Of a stretch of DNA of 64,000 nucleotides, positions 24,262-56,800 are shown one piece after another. The stretch spans positions 1-64,000 of the forward strand of contig DF237176.1 of NCBI GenBank assembly GCA_000708835.1, given 5' to 3'. The position numbers and the translations under genes were made by a program. Each line of letters begins with the position of its first letter. Position 1 is the stretch's first letter. The DNA comes from Klebsormidium nitens. Its lineage: Eukaryota > Plantae > Klebsormidiophyceae. The notes below the pieces were generated by a model. That model had not been told where the DNA came from, did not search any database, and was given only the letters and a program-made list of their open reading frames with translations.

Positions 24262-27200
24262 CTAGTCCTTGTCCCGCACCTCGGCTTCAATATCTACTAT
24301 TGGACCACTGCTCTTCCCTGCAAGAAGTCGTCCGGAATTTAGTTAGCTGCTCTGAAAACATCAGTTGGGAATGATCGGTCAAAGAACGCTCAACGAGTGA
24401 CCAACCTGCATAAATAGCTTCAATCTGATAGTAAGGCAAATTCCAACCTCCCAGATGACCAGAGTGATGTGAAGACGGGCGCAAGCTCTTGAAACGTACG
24501 ACGACCGAGGGCAGAGAATGAAGATCTTCTTGGAGCCTTGATAGGAAGTGCAGTTCATGTAAAATGATTTTGTCGTTGCCTCGGCGTCCGTTTCCTGGTC
24601 TCAACGGACACACACTGGCAATCAGAGGTAGATACGACCCCTTTTCTGTTTGTCTGATCTGGTAGCTTGAACTTCAGGAGGGGGACACCGCAACGTGTCT
24701 TCGCAAGCACTCTTCCAATGACGAGCGAACGGCGCTCACCACTGGCTTGCGTATTTTGGCGGCCGAACATTTGGGAGAACACGCTTGTGTCAACCCCGGA
24801 CTCGAAAGAGGGGCGGCCTCGGACGATCTTCTTGTTCTCAACTGCAGGCAGCAACCGACGAAAGAATAACCGTCAAACTTACGACACCCCTTCCTTGCTT
24901 CGGCTCGTCACCTATAACTTGGAGAATGGAACCTCAAATTGCGGGCTTTCTCCAACTAACCGATTTTGGCTAGCCTGGTTACGAACACTGACCTACGATC
25001 TAGGTAGCATAGGGCAAGGTAGGATAATTGAGGGGAACGGGTGGGGTTAAGTTCGGGGTTTCAGGCGGGTCGAAGTTCGGAGTGCATGAATCTGCCGGTT
25101 CTGAATTTTCGTGTCGTTTCACCCCCGGGAACGATGCTATCCTACCTAGACGTTATCTTACTTTCATTCTAGAAGTAGGTTCAGAAGTGAAGTTCACATT
25201 GCTTCAACGAGCTGAGGTTCCGGCGCAGCTATGGCAGGAACCGAGCTGTCGAAGAGAGTAAACAGGCAATGTAGGATAGAGCGCCAAACAAAGTTCGACG
25301 GATAGGAGACAAGTACTTGTCAAATGGAGGCAAAAAGAATTCGGAGTCAGAGAGAGCGAGCGAGAGAGGGTCTCCATTTGCTTGTCATTCAGAAGATTGA
25401 AAGAAGAAGCAAACGGGGCTGCGACGCTTCTGGGGCACGCTTGGGAGAAGATTCGTCTCGAAGACTTTGAGTCGCGTCCCTTTTGTCACCAGGTGGGGAG
25501 AAGCGTTATAACTTCGACCGCCTTATCTTTGCGGGTAAATCTGCCTTGGCTTTCGGCTCTCAAATCCGTTACTTTAGGTGGCACCGCTTTTGCCGACGCG
25601 CCACAAGCCATGCTGTCTCTTCCGAACTTACTCTGCACGTGTCTGTGAACACAATCAGTCACGAGGATTGATCAAGCGACTGAAAATAGTCTTGTACAAG
25701 CTCGAAAGAAGTTACTGGGAGCATAAGGCTATTGGCGGAGAGTATGAGCAAGGAGCGTGTCAGGTGTTCGTGAAACAACTTCTGACTTAGCCCGATTGTC
25801 TAGCAGGAACGGTAAGCTATCGCGACATGGGCATGCCTCACCTTTCAAGGAAGCTCTGCAGGTAGGGCAGTCGAAGGACAGGTCGTCGTTCTTTGGAATC
25901 TGAATGCTGCATTAAAATCGTTACTAGATTTAGTTTGTAAAACTGCATAAGATGCGCGTTCGTAACATTCTTCGCAGAGCCCCGTTTCTTGTGGGAGTCA
26001 GAGGACTGGGCCTGCGCAACAACGGACTCCAATTGCTTCAAAGATAGAGGCCTGAGGCGGTCAACTAATTCGACAATCACAGTGGCCAGTGTCGCCACAC
26101 TGCTAAATTGTGTAATTACTCTCTTCCAGCAAAGTTCAAGACGGAAAGTGAGACTACGTTCGTTCCTGGTGCTGCGGACCGCATAGCAATGCCTTGATCC
26201 GCACTCTACACTTGACAGCGGAACCGGGGGTGACAAATAAACACTACAAATCGTTTCGCTGTAATCAAGTTGCCCCCCCAGCTGCTGCCAATCCCAGAAA
26301 GGAGTCCAAATGGCAAAATCCTCACGGCATCGGATTGGCTGAGTCCACAATCACCATGTTGTCAGCCATCTGCACAAAAGACAGGTCCGCTCCGCAAGTA
26401 GGGCACTGCAATGCAGAATATGCTCGGGCTTGGTCAGTGTCAATGGATTGAACGCGCGTTTCAACCTGTGGCTACATGCGAACAGGTTCACCCTTGACTG
26501 CATCTCTGAGCGTTGCTACAGAATGCGCCGGCGAAGATGGTATTTCACTGGCATCGGGCCAACAGTTTCAACTACTCACAGTTGTGCTTTCTTTCGTTCT
26601 AGTGCCGTTCTGGAAGACACCAAGCTGTGCAGTGTTGCTGTCCTCAGGCTGAAGAACAGCAGTCACAGAATTCACGAGGTTATCACTAGAAATAGATTGA
26701 CCTCGAACTGATCATGGCAAATCAGGGTGGTTTACTGGTTCCTTTTCCTCAAGCGACCGGCTTGCCACATTGCACCCGACAACCAATACACTGCGGCTTC
26801 ACTAGACGTTCTTCAATGTTGAGTACTGAGGTTTCAAACGCCGACAAACCACATGCGAAGCCTGGTAGTACAAAGGGCCGCGTGTTATTAGTCTCATACT
26901 GACAATGGCTGTCCGAAAACCTTCTGGACCTGCTTAGAATTCTTGTATTGAGAAGCAAGAGGCCGGTTAACAATGAGGTTGACCGAGAAACTGGCTCCAC
27001 ACTTTCGAAGACAACGTAAAATCACCTCAAAGCGCCCTCTTTGATGCAGGGCGATCGATGTTGCAATGAGAACACAGGTTTCTAGAAACTTTTGATAACC
27101 CAACCATCTATCTTGCTTCCAAGGTTCAAGGTTGAGGGAGAAGGGCAGACAAGTTAAGTGGGATTAGGTGCTTACCGGGCCTTGTATCTGCCTAGAATTT

Positions 27201-28018
27201 GCGTATGCCAGGAAGGCCAAGAACGCCAGGAAAAGAAAGACCGGAATCGCGAAGATGGCCAACTGCAGATGAAAAGTGGCAAGGTTTTGGTGAAAGTAAA
27301 AGTGAGGGCTGAAAGCTGTAGTTAATTTGTAAGAGGGATGTATGCTTGAGCGCCTTGTTCAACGAGCAAAAGGACGGCTTCTCTGCACCCTTTGCTTCAG
27401 CATTTCCCCTCAGAAAGGCCAAACCTGCTACGAGTGCCATTCCAACCGACTCTACGAGCACACACAGAGAGTTTTTTGTGCTATAAGTAGCGTGCTCACC
27501 GTGATTGCGGTCAGCCCCTCAAAGAACCAGTTAAGCTGCCCGGTCAGCGCTGACCAGATAACCAGACCCCACGTAGCCCACCCCAGAACCTTCCCCAGTT
27601 GCTTCCCTGAATCATTGTCAGACCCCCCACCTCCTAGGACACTTACAGCTACAGAGCCTCGTTGTCTCCTTCTCGAGTTTCCACCTGGCCGTGTTTCAAG
27701 GGTTTTCCGGGGGGACAGGGAAAGGCGTTGTCTGAGGAAAGTGTTTGAGGGGCTATCAGCATTGGCAAAGGCCATCAGAGCGTTTTTGCGGCCAGCTTTG
27801 CTTTGCCTTTGACATACTGCAGCTTCGCTGCCAGACGAGAGACTTTCTGAGCTGTGCTTTGGAGAGAGAGAGGAGCGACGCAGGGTGCTTCTGTCAGTAA
27901 GGTTCAACCTACTTACGCAGGGATTTGAAACTGTGTTCTGTATCAATGGCCCCTTCTGCACTAGCTGGCGTCCAGTGAGGTGGGGTGCGCAAGTTGCTTG
28001 GGACGTGACTGCAGCCAT
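24262..28018 (-). CDS. Plastid-targeted membrane protein with two CxxC (Zn-ribbon-like) motifs and a C-terminal VDIEAEV motif, 302 aa; resembles Arabidopsis At2g44870-type uncharacterised proteins
   Basis: Exons 28018-27500, 27262-27176, 26405-26326, 25906-25842, 24841-24740, 24317-24262 sum to 909 nt; GT-AG introns, phases 0,0,2,1,1. Ser/Arg-rich transit-like N-terminus, two hydrophobic helices (..LTGQLNWFFEG.. LAIFAIPVFLFLAFLAFLAY), CPTC..CPTC and GPIVDIEAEVRDKD*. The family match is from recall. Confidence 0.8.
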
Positions 28019-29356
28019 CTTGCAAGCCCAAGCAACTCCAAATCAGCACCTCTTTCTAAAATGTCAACAGCTCTAATTTCGTGAGGTGACTCCCTCAATC
28101 GCTGCGCCTCTTGAAATGCTTGACCACAGGCAACTCAAGCAGTGTTAAAATGGCCAAAGGCGCCAGCGCGGAACGCAATGCAGACGTAGAGGAAGTTCCG
28201 CAACTTTGCTCGCTTTCACTTAATTGAAAATAGTCCACCAATGGCCAGACATTCTGGGGCTATGCCTTTATCTTGCAAAGGAAGCCACTTAGAACTCGGA
28301 GCCCTTCCAAAGACCAGCAGTACCTGTACTTGGTACTTTGTTATGCCCGGTTCACATGCGTCCAGTTTTGCTCAGTTTTGCTTGGTTTTGCCAAATATGT
28401 CCGACGTGGCAGCTCCGGAATCAGCGGGACGCATATGAACACCACTTTCGAAAACCGAGCAAAACCGAGCTCGGTATTTGCCGAGTATCCGGAAAACTGG
28501 CCAAAACTCGCTGAAACTCGACCGCATTTCAAAGCTGCGTATTTGTCAAAACCGAACGCGGTCGACGGAGGCCGCGTTTTGAAAGATGAAAACGCGGCCC
28601 ATGTTGCCGAGTTTTCGCCGGTTTCGGCAAACTTTGAAAACGCATGTGAACCGGGCATTAGAGATGCGAACTTTGCACAGAGTTCGTGAGGAGGATACTG
28701 CAGCAGAGTGAGACAGCAGTGCAGGGACGATGGGCACGTACTGAACCTGCTTGCTGCAACTTGCAAGCTTGCAAGCTAGGAAAAGTGGAGATCTTGCTCC
28801 AAAGGTAGACCATAAATTGGGGCTAATCCATGAGATAAGGCGTGAGGAATGCTTGCATATGATTCCAGCCGGCCTTTCATACTTAGGCGCATGAAGCAGT
28901 ATACGATACTGTTAATACCATTCCTATTCCTTGAGCCATGGGCAAAATTGAAAATAGGTAGTGTGTGACTGTTTGTCAGAACGCAGGACCCAGGGATTTT
29001 GTTCTTGCCGATTCATGTTGGCAGATTGCCTAGATATTAAAATCCTGCGACACCTGGTTATACGCGGCTCTTGAGCTCTGAGCATACGCTCATGCATGTC
29101 CAAAAAACGCACACGGCTACACGTCAAACTTTGTGATATCAGGCACACATTCAATAATTCATAGAGGCACAATGAAAAGCAGTCTCCCTTCTAAGTTTGA
29201 GACAATGAGAGGGCAGATTGATCATTGAAGCAATGAAGGGCCAAGGCAATGCGCACACACGAGAGAGGACCAACCCTCTGATGCCAATGGTGTGAGGAGC
29301 GAAGTAGAGCGGTCGGTAGCTGCAAAATCCAGGTTGCGTGACTCTTGTCAGCCAGT
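28019..29356. promoter_or_regulatory. Divergent (head-to-head) intergenic region between the plastid protein gene and the BEACH gene
   Basis: ATG at 28018 (-) and ATG at 29357 (+) face away from each other; the region contains the MITE. Confidence 0.5.
28344..28657. mobile_element. 314-bp non-autonomous DNA transposon (Tourist/PIF-Harbinger-like MITE)
   Basis: Perfect 18-bp terminal inverted repeats TGCCCGGTTCACATGCGT (28344-28361) and ACGCATGTGAACCGGGCA (28640-28657). TTA target-site duplication at 28341-28343 and 28658-28660. Subterminal GTTTTGC repeats; no transposase. Confidence 0.88.
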
Positions 29357-50675
<21,319 letters not shown>

Positions 50676-51279
50676 CCATAGTTAACCTGCTTGATCACTC
50701 TATTTACCATGCCATTGGTTGTTACAAAGTCACATGTTCTTCACTTTCTGTGCTTGCGGGGTCGAGTCAAGAAGGTTCTGGTGTTGGTTGAAGGTAAACA
50801 GGGGGATGTTAAGACTGTTTCGATTTCGGAAGTCGCCAGCTTCAAGCCAATGCAGTGCAAAGGAACTTTCTGATGTAATACCGCCTTTCGTGGTGACTTT
50901 GTCAAGATGGCTCTGTGGACTTTGAATTGGTCCTTCGTAACTGTCTGGTGCGCATTTCTATGTTTCTTTCGTAGTCTGTTAATCCAGATCAAAGGGATGA
51001 TGTTATTGTACTCTGGTCCACTATCTGCTGTCAGGTCATGGTGGCACACTCGTTGGCCCCTTCAGTTGCAACAAAACACCAGTCAGCGACAAACGTGACA
51101 AAACGTTTGGCGGCCAGAACGTGAGCATCCGCTCCGGTTCAACACGTTGTCGCTCTCTTAAATCAGTATGCATGCGAAATGAGTCTGCTATACACAGCTT
51201 TGCCGCCCTCACGAGCTCGTGTTGTTGTGTTGTTGGACAGGGATCTGAATTTGAACCGATCATGCATAGGCTGAACCGG

Positions 51280-51900
51280 ATAAAAGAAAGATATATATAT
51301 CAGAGTGCCGGCTTGCCAACTCATCTCATAATATGGTATTGTACGACCATATGCATGTCGATCTGTGTATCATTGTCTAGGTGTATATGTCTGTGCTTAC
51401 TCAATTTGTTTATGCATACATATATTGCACCAGCTAGTGATCGAAACTTGTCAATCGGACCGAGTATACATGGTACGTGTTTCCTTCCATGTCACGGCCC
51501 CTAGCTCAGCTTGCTAGGCTTAGGTACGTACGTAGGTGCCTGGCATCATGCAGGCTACATGATTTGCAGACCATCACGTTAATTAATTTATACAGGCGCG
51601 CATATATGTACATGTACGCATGGGGCATATCACTGTCATGTGAACGGTGTGCCGAGTCCGTGATGCAGAAGCTGACCCTTGCTAACCAGTGCCACAGCGC
51701 GGGTACGGTCTGTCTCAATGCCAGGATGTCTCATGCTAGCTTGGGTTCAACGGTTGTATATACCTAATGATATTGCTCAACTCAAAGAAGATGTTAACAG
51801 CAATCTGGAGCTACACTTAGTACAGCTATATACTTCAAGCATGCAACTTGGCAAGCATTGCACCCGCAGCTGAGTGCATGTATCAATCAGCTTAACTAAG
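51280..51900. repeat. Palindrome-dense intergenic island between the convergent BEACH and F-box genes
   Basis: gtacgtac, ttaattaa, catatatg, gtacatgtac, gcgcgc, gctagc, gttaac, cagctg and gcatgc in close succession. Boundaries approximate. Confidence 0.55.
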
Positions 51901-51958
51901 TCAATACACTCGACAGTGGTCTTTCAACCATATTGGAAAATTCTCAAACACCTTTTGG

Positions 51959-53287
51959 TTAGATTATGCAGCGCCTCGGCCACTTGACAATCAGGATCAG
52001 CCTAGGGTGTGACTTTTGCAGCCTCAAGACAAGGCCGACGAGACCGTATATCTCTACCTCTCCTCGCACCACTTTTGTCAAATCAATTACAAACCTTTTC
52101 AGCTGTTGGGAAAGCCGGATAACCGTTGAACACATGTCGCTTATCCTTCCTAGCGTCTTGAATTCTATCTCCAAGCTTTTCAGATGTGCTAGAGAGAGAT
52201 CTGGTTCCTGCTCTTCCAGAAGGTACTCGGGGACTACGTGGGAGAGTTTCAGATGTTCAAGCCGGTTAAAAGGACGGAGAAGCGACGACAATGTTGCTCT
52301 GTCTACGTGCAATTGTGGCACTGGTGGCAAACACTTTCGCACCGTCACCTCTTTGGCATCACTACAGAGGTTGAGCACCCCCATGAGTCTTTGGAATGAA
52401 TGCAGTCCGTCCTCAATCTTTACCGTACATACTTTCCAAGATGACAAGACTTCGACTTCAGTTGTGCGCACTAGCTCAAGCGATAGGAGGTTCGGGGCAT
52501 TGATCACTACACGATCAACAGAGATAATTGTAAGGTGCAACAGCTGTGGTGCTTGAACCTCAAGAGAGGCCGCCATGTCCGCAACGGTATCACCACTCAT
52601 GTCAAACTCCAACGACGTCAAACTCCCTGACGAAATAGCTGTGTTGTCGAGGCCCTCAGCTTGTCGTATAACCAGTGCTGTCAAGCCCGAGCATGCTTTT
52701 AAGATGCTTGTGAGACAAATGCCTTCCACCCCTACGCTATCTAGAGTTAGGGACTTGAGGTTTGAAAGCAGGTGCCTGCTTGAGACGGCTCCGTGGAGAG
52801 GCACCATTGAATACTTCAATTCAAGCTCCTTCAGCTGGTGGCACATTGACAAGGATCTGAACAGATCCTGTAACTTCTGATCCTGATCGCCTGGGACTTG
52901 AGCAAATCCATCAACAATTACAAAACTTTGTATTTGAGGAGCTGCCGCCAGCAGCGCTTGCAAAAACAGCTGGGGCACTGGGCCGGCGTTTACGCAGATA
53001 GCCTTCACCGCCTGTGTTTCTTGCAGAAAAAGTACTATTTGCGCTGCCTGGTTTGCATCAATGCAGAGTAGCCGTTCAGTGCAGGGAATCAGCCTGTCAA
53101 ATCGGGAACACACCGTCCGAAGTTGACAGAGCCTATGTACCTGTGCAAACCCTTGATTTGGAGGGTGGCCGTTAATTTCGGCCGCTTGTGCTAGTATGCG
53201 CTGAACAATGTCGTCCGGCAATCTCTCAAACGGTCTGCGTGGTCCTACCCCTGCTGACCGTTTTTTCCCCATAGATCCTGGGGGCAT
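51959..53287 (-). CDS. F-box protein with a C-terminal LRR/RNI-like region, 442 aa, intronless
   Basis: Single ORF. F-box motif FERLPDDIVQRIL...LRTVCSRF, followed by LxxLxL repeats (LKELELK, LKSLTLD, LTALVI, LTSLEF, LEHLKLS, LKSLEIE). Confidence 0.85.
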   Translation of the reverse strand: MPPGSMGKKRSAGVGPRRPFERLPDDIVQRILAQAAEINGHPPNQGFAQVHRLCQLRTVCSRFDRLIPCTERLLCIDANQAAQIVLFLQETQAVKAICVNAGPVPQLFLQALLAAAPQIQSFVIVDGFAQVPGDQDQKLQDLFRSLSMCHQLKELELKYSMVPLHGAVSSRHLLSNLKSLTLDSVGVEGICLTSILKACSGLTALVIRQAEGLDNTAISSGSLTSLEFDMSGDTVADMAASLEVQAPQLLHLTIISVDRVVINAPNLLSLELVRTTEVEVLSSWKVCTVKIEDGLHSFQRLMGVLNLCSDAKEVTVRKCLPPVPQLHVDRATLSSLLRPFNRLEHLKLSHVVPEYLLEEQEPDLSLAHLKSLEIEFKTLGRISDMCSTVIRLSQQLKRFVIDLTKVVRGEVEIYGLVGLVLRLQKSHPRLILIVKWPRRCII

Positions 53288-53890
53288 TCCTCTTGCTATT
53301 GCTGATTACCAATACAAATGAGGCCAATAATGCAGGCCACGGGGGAAGCAGCAACGGGTCAGCAACGCCGTCACTGTTGACAGCCCAACGTCGTGAAGCT
53401 CATGCCAATGGCGCCCCTTCCCTGCCGAAGCTTCCTTGGCGCCCCTTCCTTCCGCATTGTAATTTGTATGCCAAAACTCAGCCGAGTGTCACGAGTAAAT
53501 CATTGGTGATGCATGATCATGATGCTTGATGCGATGGTCAGGCAGCAGCACTCTCAGAGTCATGGCAAAATGCAGATTGCTGAGTGGACCCACAGGTTGA
53601 ATTTCCCCCCCTGGGATGTGATACGTGGGGCTGATTGCAACTTCCGTTACATGTCGGCCCAGCCAAAATTCCCCCCCCAAGTGAAGAGGGGGGTTGAAAT
53701 TGGTGTTAGGTTGCTACCAGTGCTTCCCACACAAGTCTCCACGTGTTCTGCAGCTTCTGCTTCTGCTTTGAACTTCGTAGTTCTCCGGCCATGCACTGAT
53801 GCAGAGTTGGAGAAATTCACCTGGTCCTGAGGCCGTAGAGATTTCGAAGCGCCTGAAGGTCGAGGCTGAAGAGAGCTGGTCTTCCTCACG
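53288..53890. promoter_or_regulatory. Short (~600 bp) divergent intergenic region between the F-box gene and CGLD27
   Basis: Start codons at 53287 (-) and 53891 (+) are head-to-head; the CGLD27 start is uncertain. Confidence 0.4.
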
Positions 53891-56800
53891 ATGACACATG
53901 CCGTGCTGCTGCCAAAGGGGGGAAGTGCTCTGCACCAAAGTGCTCAGTCACAAAGGGGTGCCCTTGTCAAGACTTGTTTTGAAGCGAGCAGATCCACAGA
54001 AGCTCTTATTGGGTATCAGCATAGACGACAGGCTTGGCCAAATCAGGTTCTGGAGTCGAGTCGCCGAGTCAAGGGAAGTTCTACGCACGTCCCTTCTAAA
54101 AGCGTGACAATGCAGTCTGCAAGATTGTTCAGAAGCAGTCAGCTCTCATCGTTCGGTATTTGCTCGTCCTGCCAGCGGGTAAGGGCAGACCATACGCGGG
54201 CGCCTGATTATAGCAGATTGGCCAGCCATAGCAGATCTCAGCATTCTGGCCCCCTAAAGAACCAGTCAAACAACCAGCCAGCACATTCACACCGGCCGCT
54301 TCACTCTTTAAGAAACTCAGACCATGGAGGGCTTATCTCGAGACATATTTTTGGAAAGTCTTTTGGTAGAGTCGGGGCCGTTTCTAGGGGCGAGAGGGTG
54401 GTGATGATGTCAGCCGGGGGGAAGTGGAACAGCGACAACCTCAGCTTTGAGCGGCTAGAGATGGAAGTGCCCACTGAACAGAGGCCGGTAAGCGGTTTCA
54501 ATCATCAGTATCAAGGCTCAGCTGGGGTATCAGGAGGCTCGTGACTCAACACCCGGACAGTGACCAGCATTAGGGTTTAGGTTTGTTTGCTTTGGGGGAT
54601 CTGTTCAGGGAGGAGTGCTAAGCTGTCAGGAAGTCAGACATGTAAAAGGAAAGAATAGAAGTTCAGCAGTTAAGGAATGAACTTGATGGCCAAGAAAGTG
54701 GCACGGATGAGGTAAATGTAGTGGTGCTGTTTCCTACTCGCGCTAGGAAAGAGTAGGAACCTCGTGGGCCCTGTTGCCCCCACTCTGAAACTTGGCGGTT
54801 TAGATAACAGGAGAGTCGTTGAAAAGGCGCCGGAAGTAAGTTTCATGGAGATAAAAGGGATTACAAGGTTGTTTAGCAGTTCCTTGAAGGACGGTATGTT
54901 CGATTCAATCGTTTGATGGTACGTGAAAGAATGGTCGCTGTGATACCTTGCTGCAGCCCTTTTTCGTGGTCGAGGACAATGCTTTTGAGACATTTCTGGA
55001 AAACTTTGTTAAAGACGCTCATAAAGACTTGGCCCCCGGCCATTCCAGTAAGAGCTTGAGAGCAAGACCAGAAGGCCAAGAAAAAGGTCATGGCAGCTGG
55101 CAAGCCTCTGCTGTTTGCACACTAAGTCTCTGCAAGAACACCATGTCTCTTGAGGGCAGTCTCCTTGGCGTGTCCTCACCTCGACCAATCTCTTTCACTT
55201 TACTGATCAAGCATAGTTTGGCCATCAGTTCAATACGGTACACTCCTTGCGCCCCCGCGTCTTAATCTGATTCATGTGAAGAGGCGGCCCAGTTGTGGAT
55301 GCGCAGTTACATTCTTTTGGATGTGAACTTTCTTCGGTATCTGGCCAACACTTTCTAAAATGAGGCCCTCTCTTATCCAGGTCCTTGAATTAACGGCGTC
55401 GAACGAAAGATGCGCTTCAGAGTAGGCCGTAGGATTATCAGTCGAGACAAACCGTTCCAAGATCTCCTGTTGAGCACTGTCGTTAACGAGCTTTTTTCCT
55501 ATTCCAGGTTAACGAATTCAAGGCGTTGAAGGACGCAACATTATACAATTGGGCTCAGCTAGATTTGAAGGACTACAGCCTGCGGTTGCTCTTGGTCTGG
55601 AGCGGCTTCTTCGTTTTCCTTGGGGCGCCGATTGCGGCGGCGAGTTTCGAACCCATGAAGGTGAGGGCAACGGCAGACGCACCGGTATTCTTTCCCTCTC
55701 TCCAATCATGAAGCAAAACAGGTATTGTAATGTTTAAGAGAGCGGAAGGTCTCTGAGAAGTCTGGTCGGAAAGGCAAGGCATAAACCGCTAGCATCAGAC
55801 ACTGCCAGTTCAAGGGGGTTGGGACGGTGGCCTTTATTGTTGGCTTGAGTTGGCAAATGTTCGGTGAGCAACTCTTACAATTGTTCAAGTCGAAGTGCCC
55901 GGGAAGATTCTCAAGACACGGATCATATTTTTACTCAACTACTAATGAAAAGCAAACTTTGACGAATCGGCAGCATTGCGCCCATCGTTCCAGGATTATA
56001 TTACTTAATATAATAGGTAGATAGCACATATTGCAAGATTGCTTGGCCTCCAGTTGATGCGTTGTGGTTGGAAGTTTGATCGGGCTATGTTGTGCACAGT
56101 CGATTGCGATCATGAATGCTGTGGGTCTGTTTCTTTTCTGAGCGTGCACCTTTGGCGATACATTCCAGGACAACGTGCCTTTCGGGTGGATTTATACTTG
56201 GTGTTTCTCGAAGAATGCTACGATCTGACAAGTTATTCCCAATTTTGAGAAGAATCTCGGTAATATCTTGACCGATTGCGCGTGAGTGCATGGCCAAGTA
56301 TTGAAAAGATTGTCCCCATCTCTCATAAGGCAGCGATTCTACTGTTACCACTCGAACCCCCTCGGTCGGTGGAGAAACTGAGGCGTGTCCTTCTCTTTTC
56401 AGGAGCCTCTAGAGTTCTTTTTGGCAGGCGGGGCGGGCGCGCTGTTCGCCTCGGCAATCCTAGTCCTTCGAATGTATTTGGTGAGCTTTCGTCAATTCCA
56501 TTGGAAGTTTTCTTTTAGATTGACAAATTTTCATTTCATCCTTGGGCTCCTTTCTGAAGTGGTTTTGCTTGCCTTTGAATCGGTTCCCAACATATCTCGT
56601 CTCGTTACGGCATATGGTACTATCCTTTGAAAATCAAAAGACCTTTCTTATAGGATGACCTTCACTTCCGAACGGTACTCTAGCCGACCATCTAGACAGT
56701 TTCATTGCGACGCCTTGCCATGGTTGAATCGACGTCCGAATCGGGGCAAAAATCACTCACTAATTGCGTTTCACCCTAAAAGAATGAGAAAATTGCTCAC

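Noticed and set aside
24881-25658. Two AG...GTAAGT-bounded minus-strand micro-exon candidates (~29 nt and 11 nt) in the plastid gene's intron 4
   Set aside because: Either alone or both together would break the frame, and the direct exon 4-5 join already gives a coherent protein.
28273-28766. ORFs of 138 and 141 aa on both strands
   Set aside because: They run through the non-coding MITE and show no transposase or other motif.
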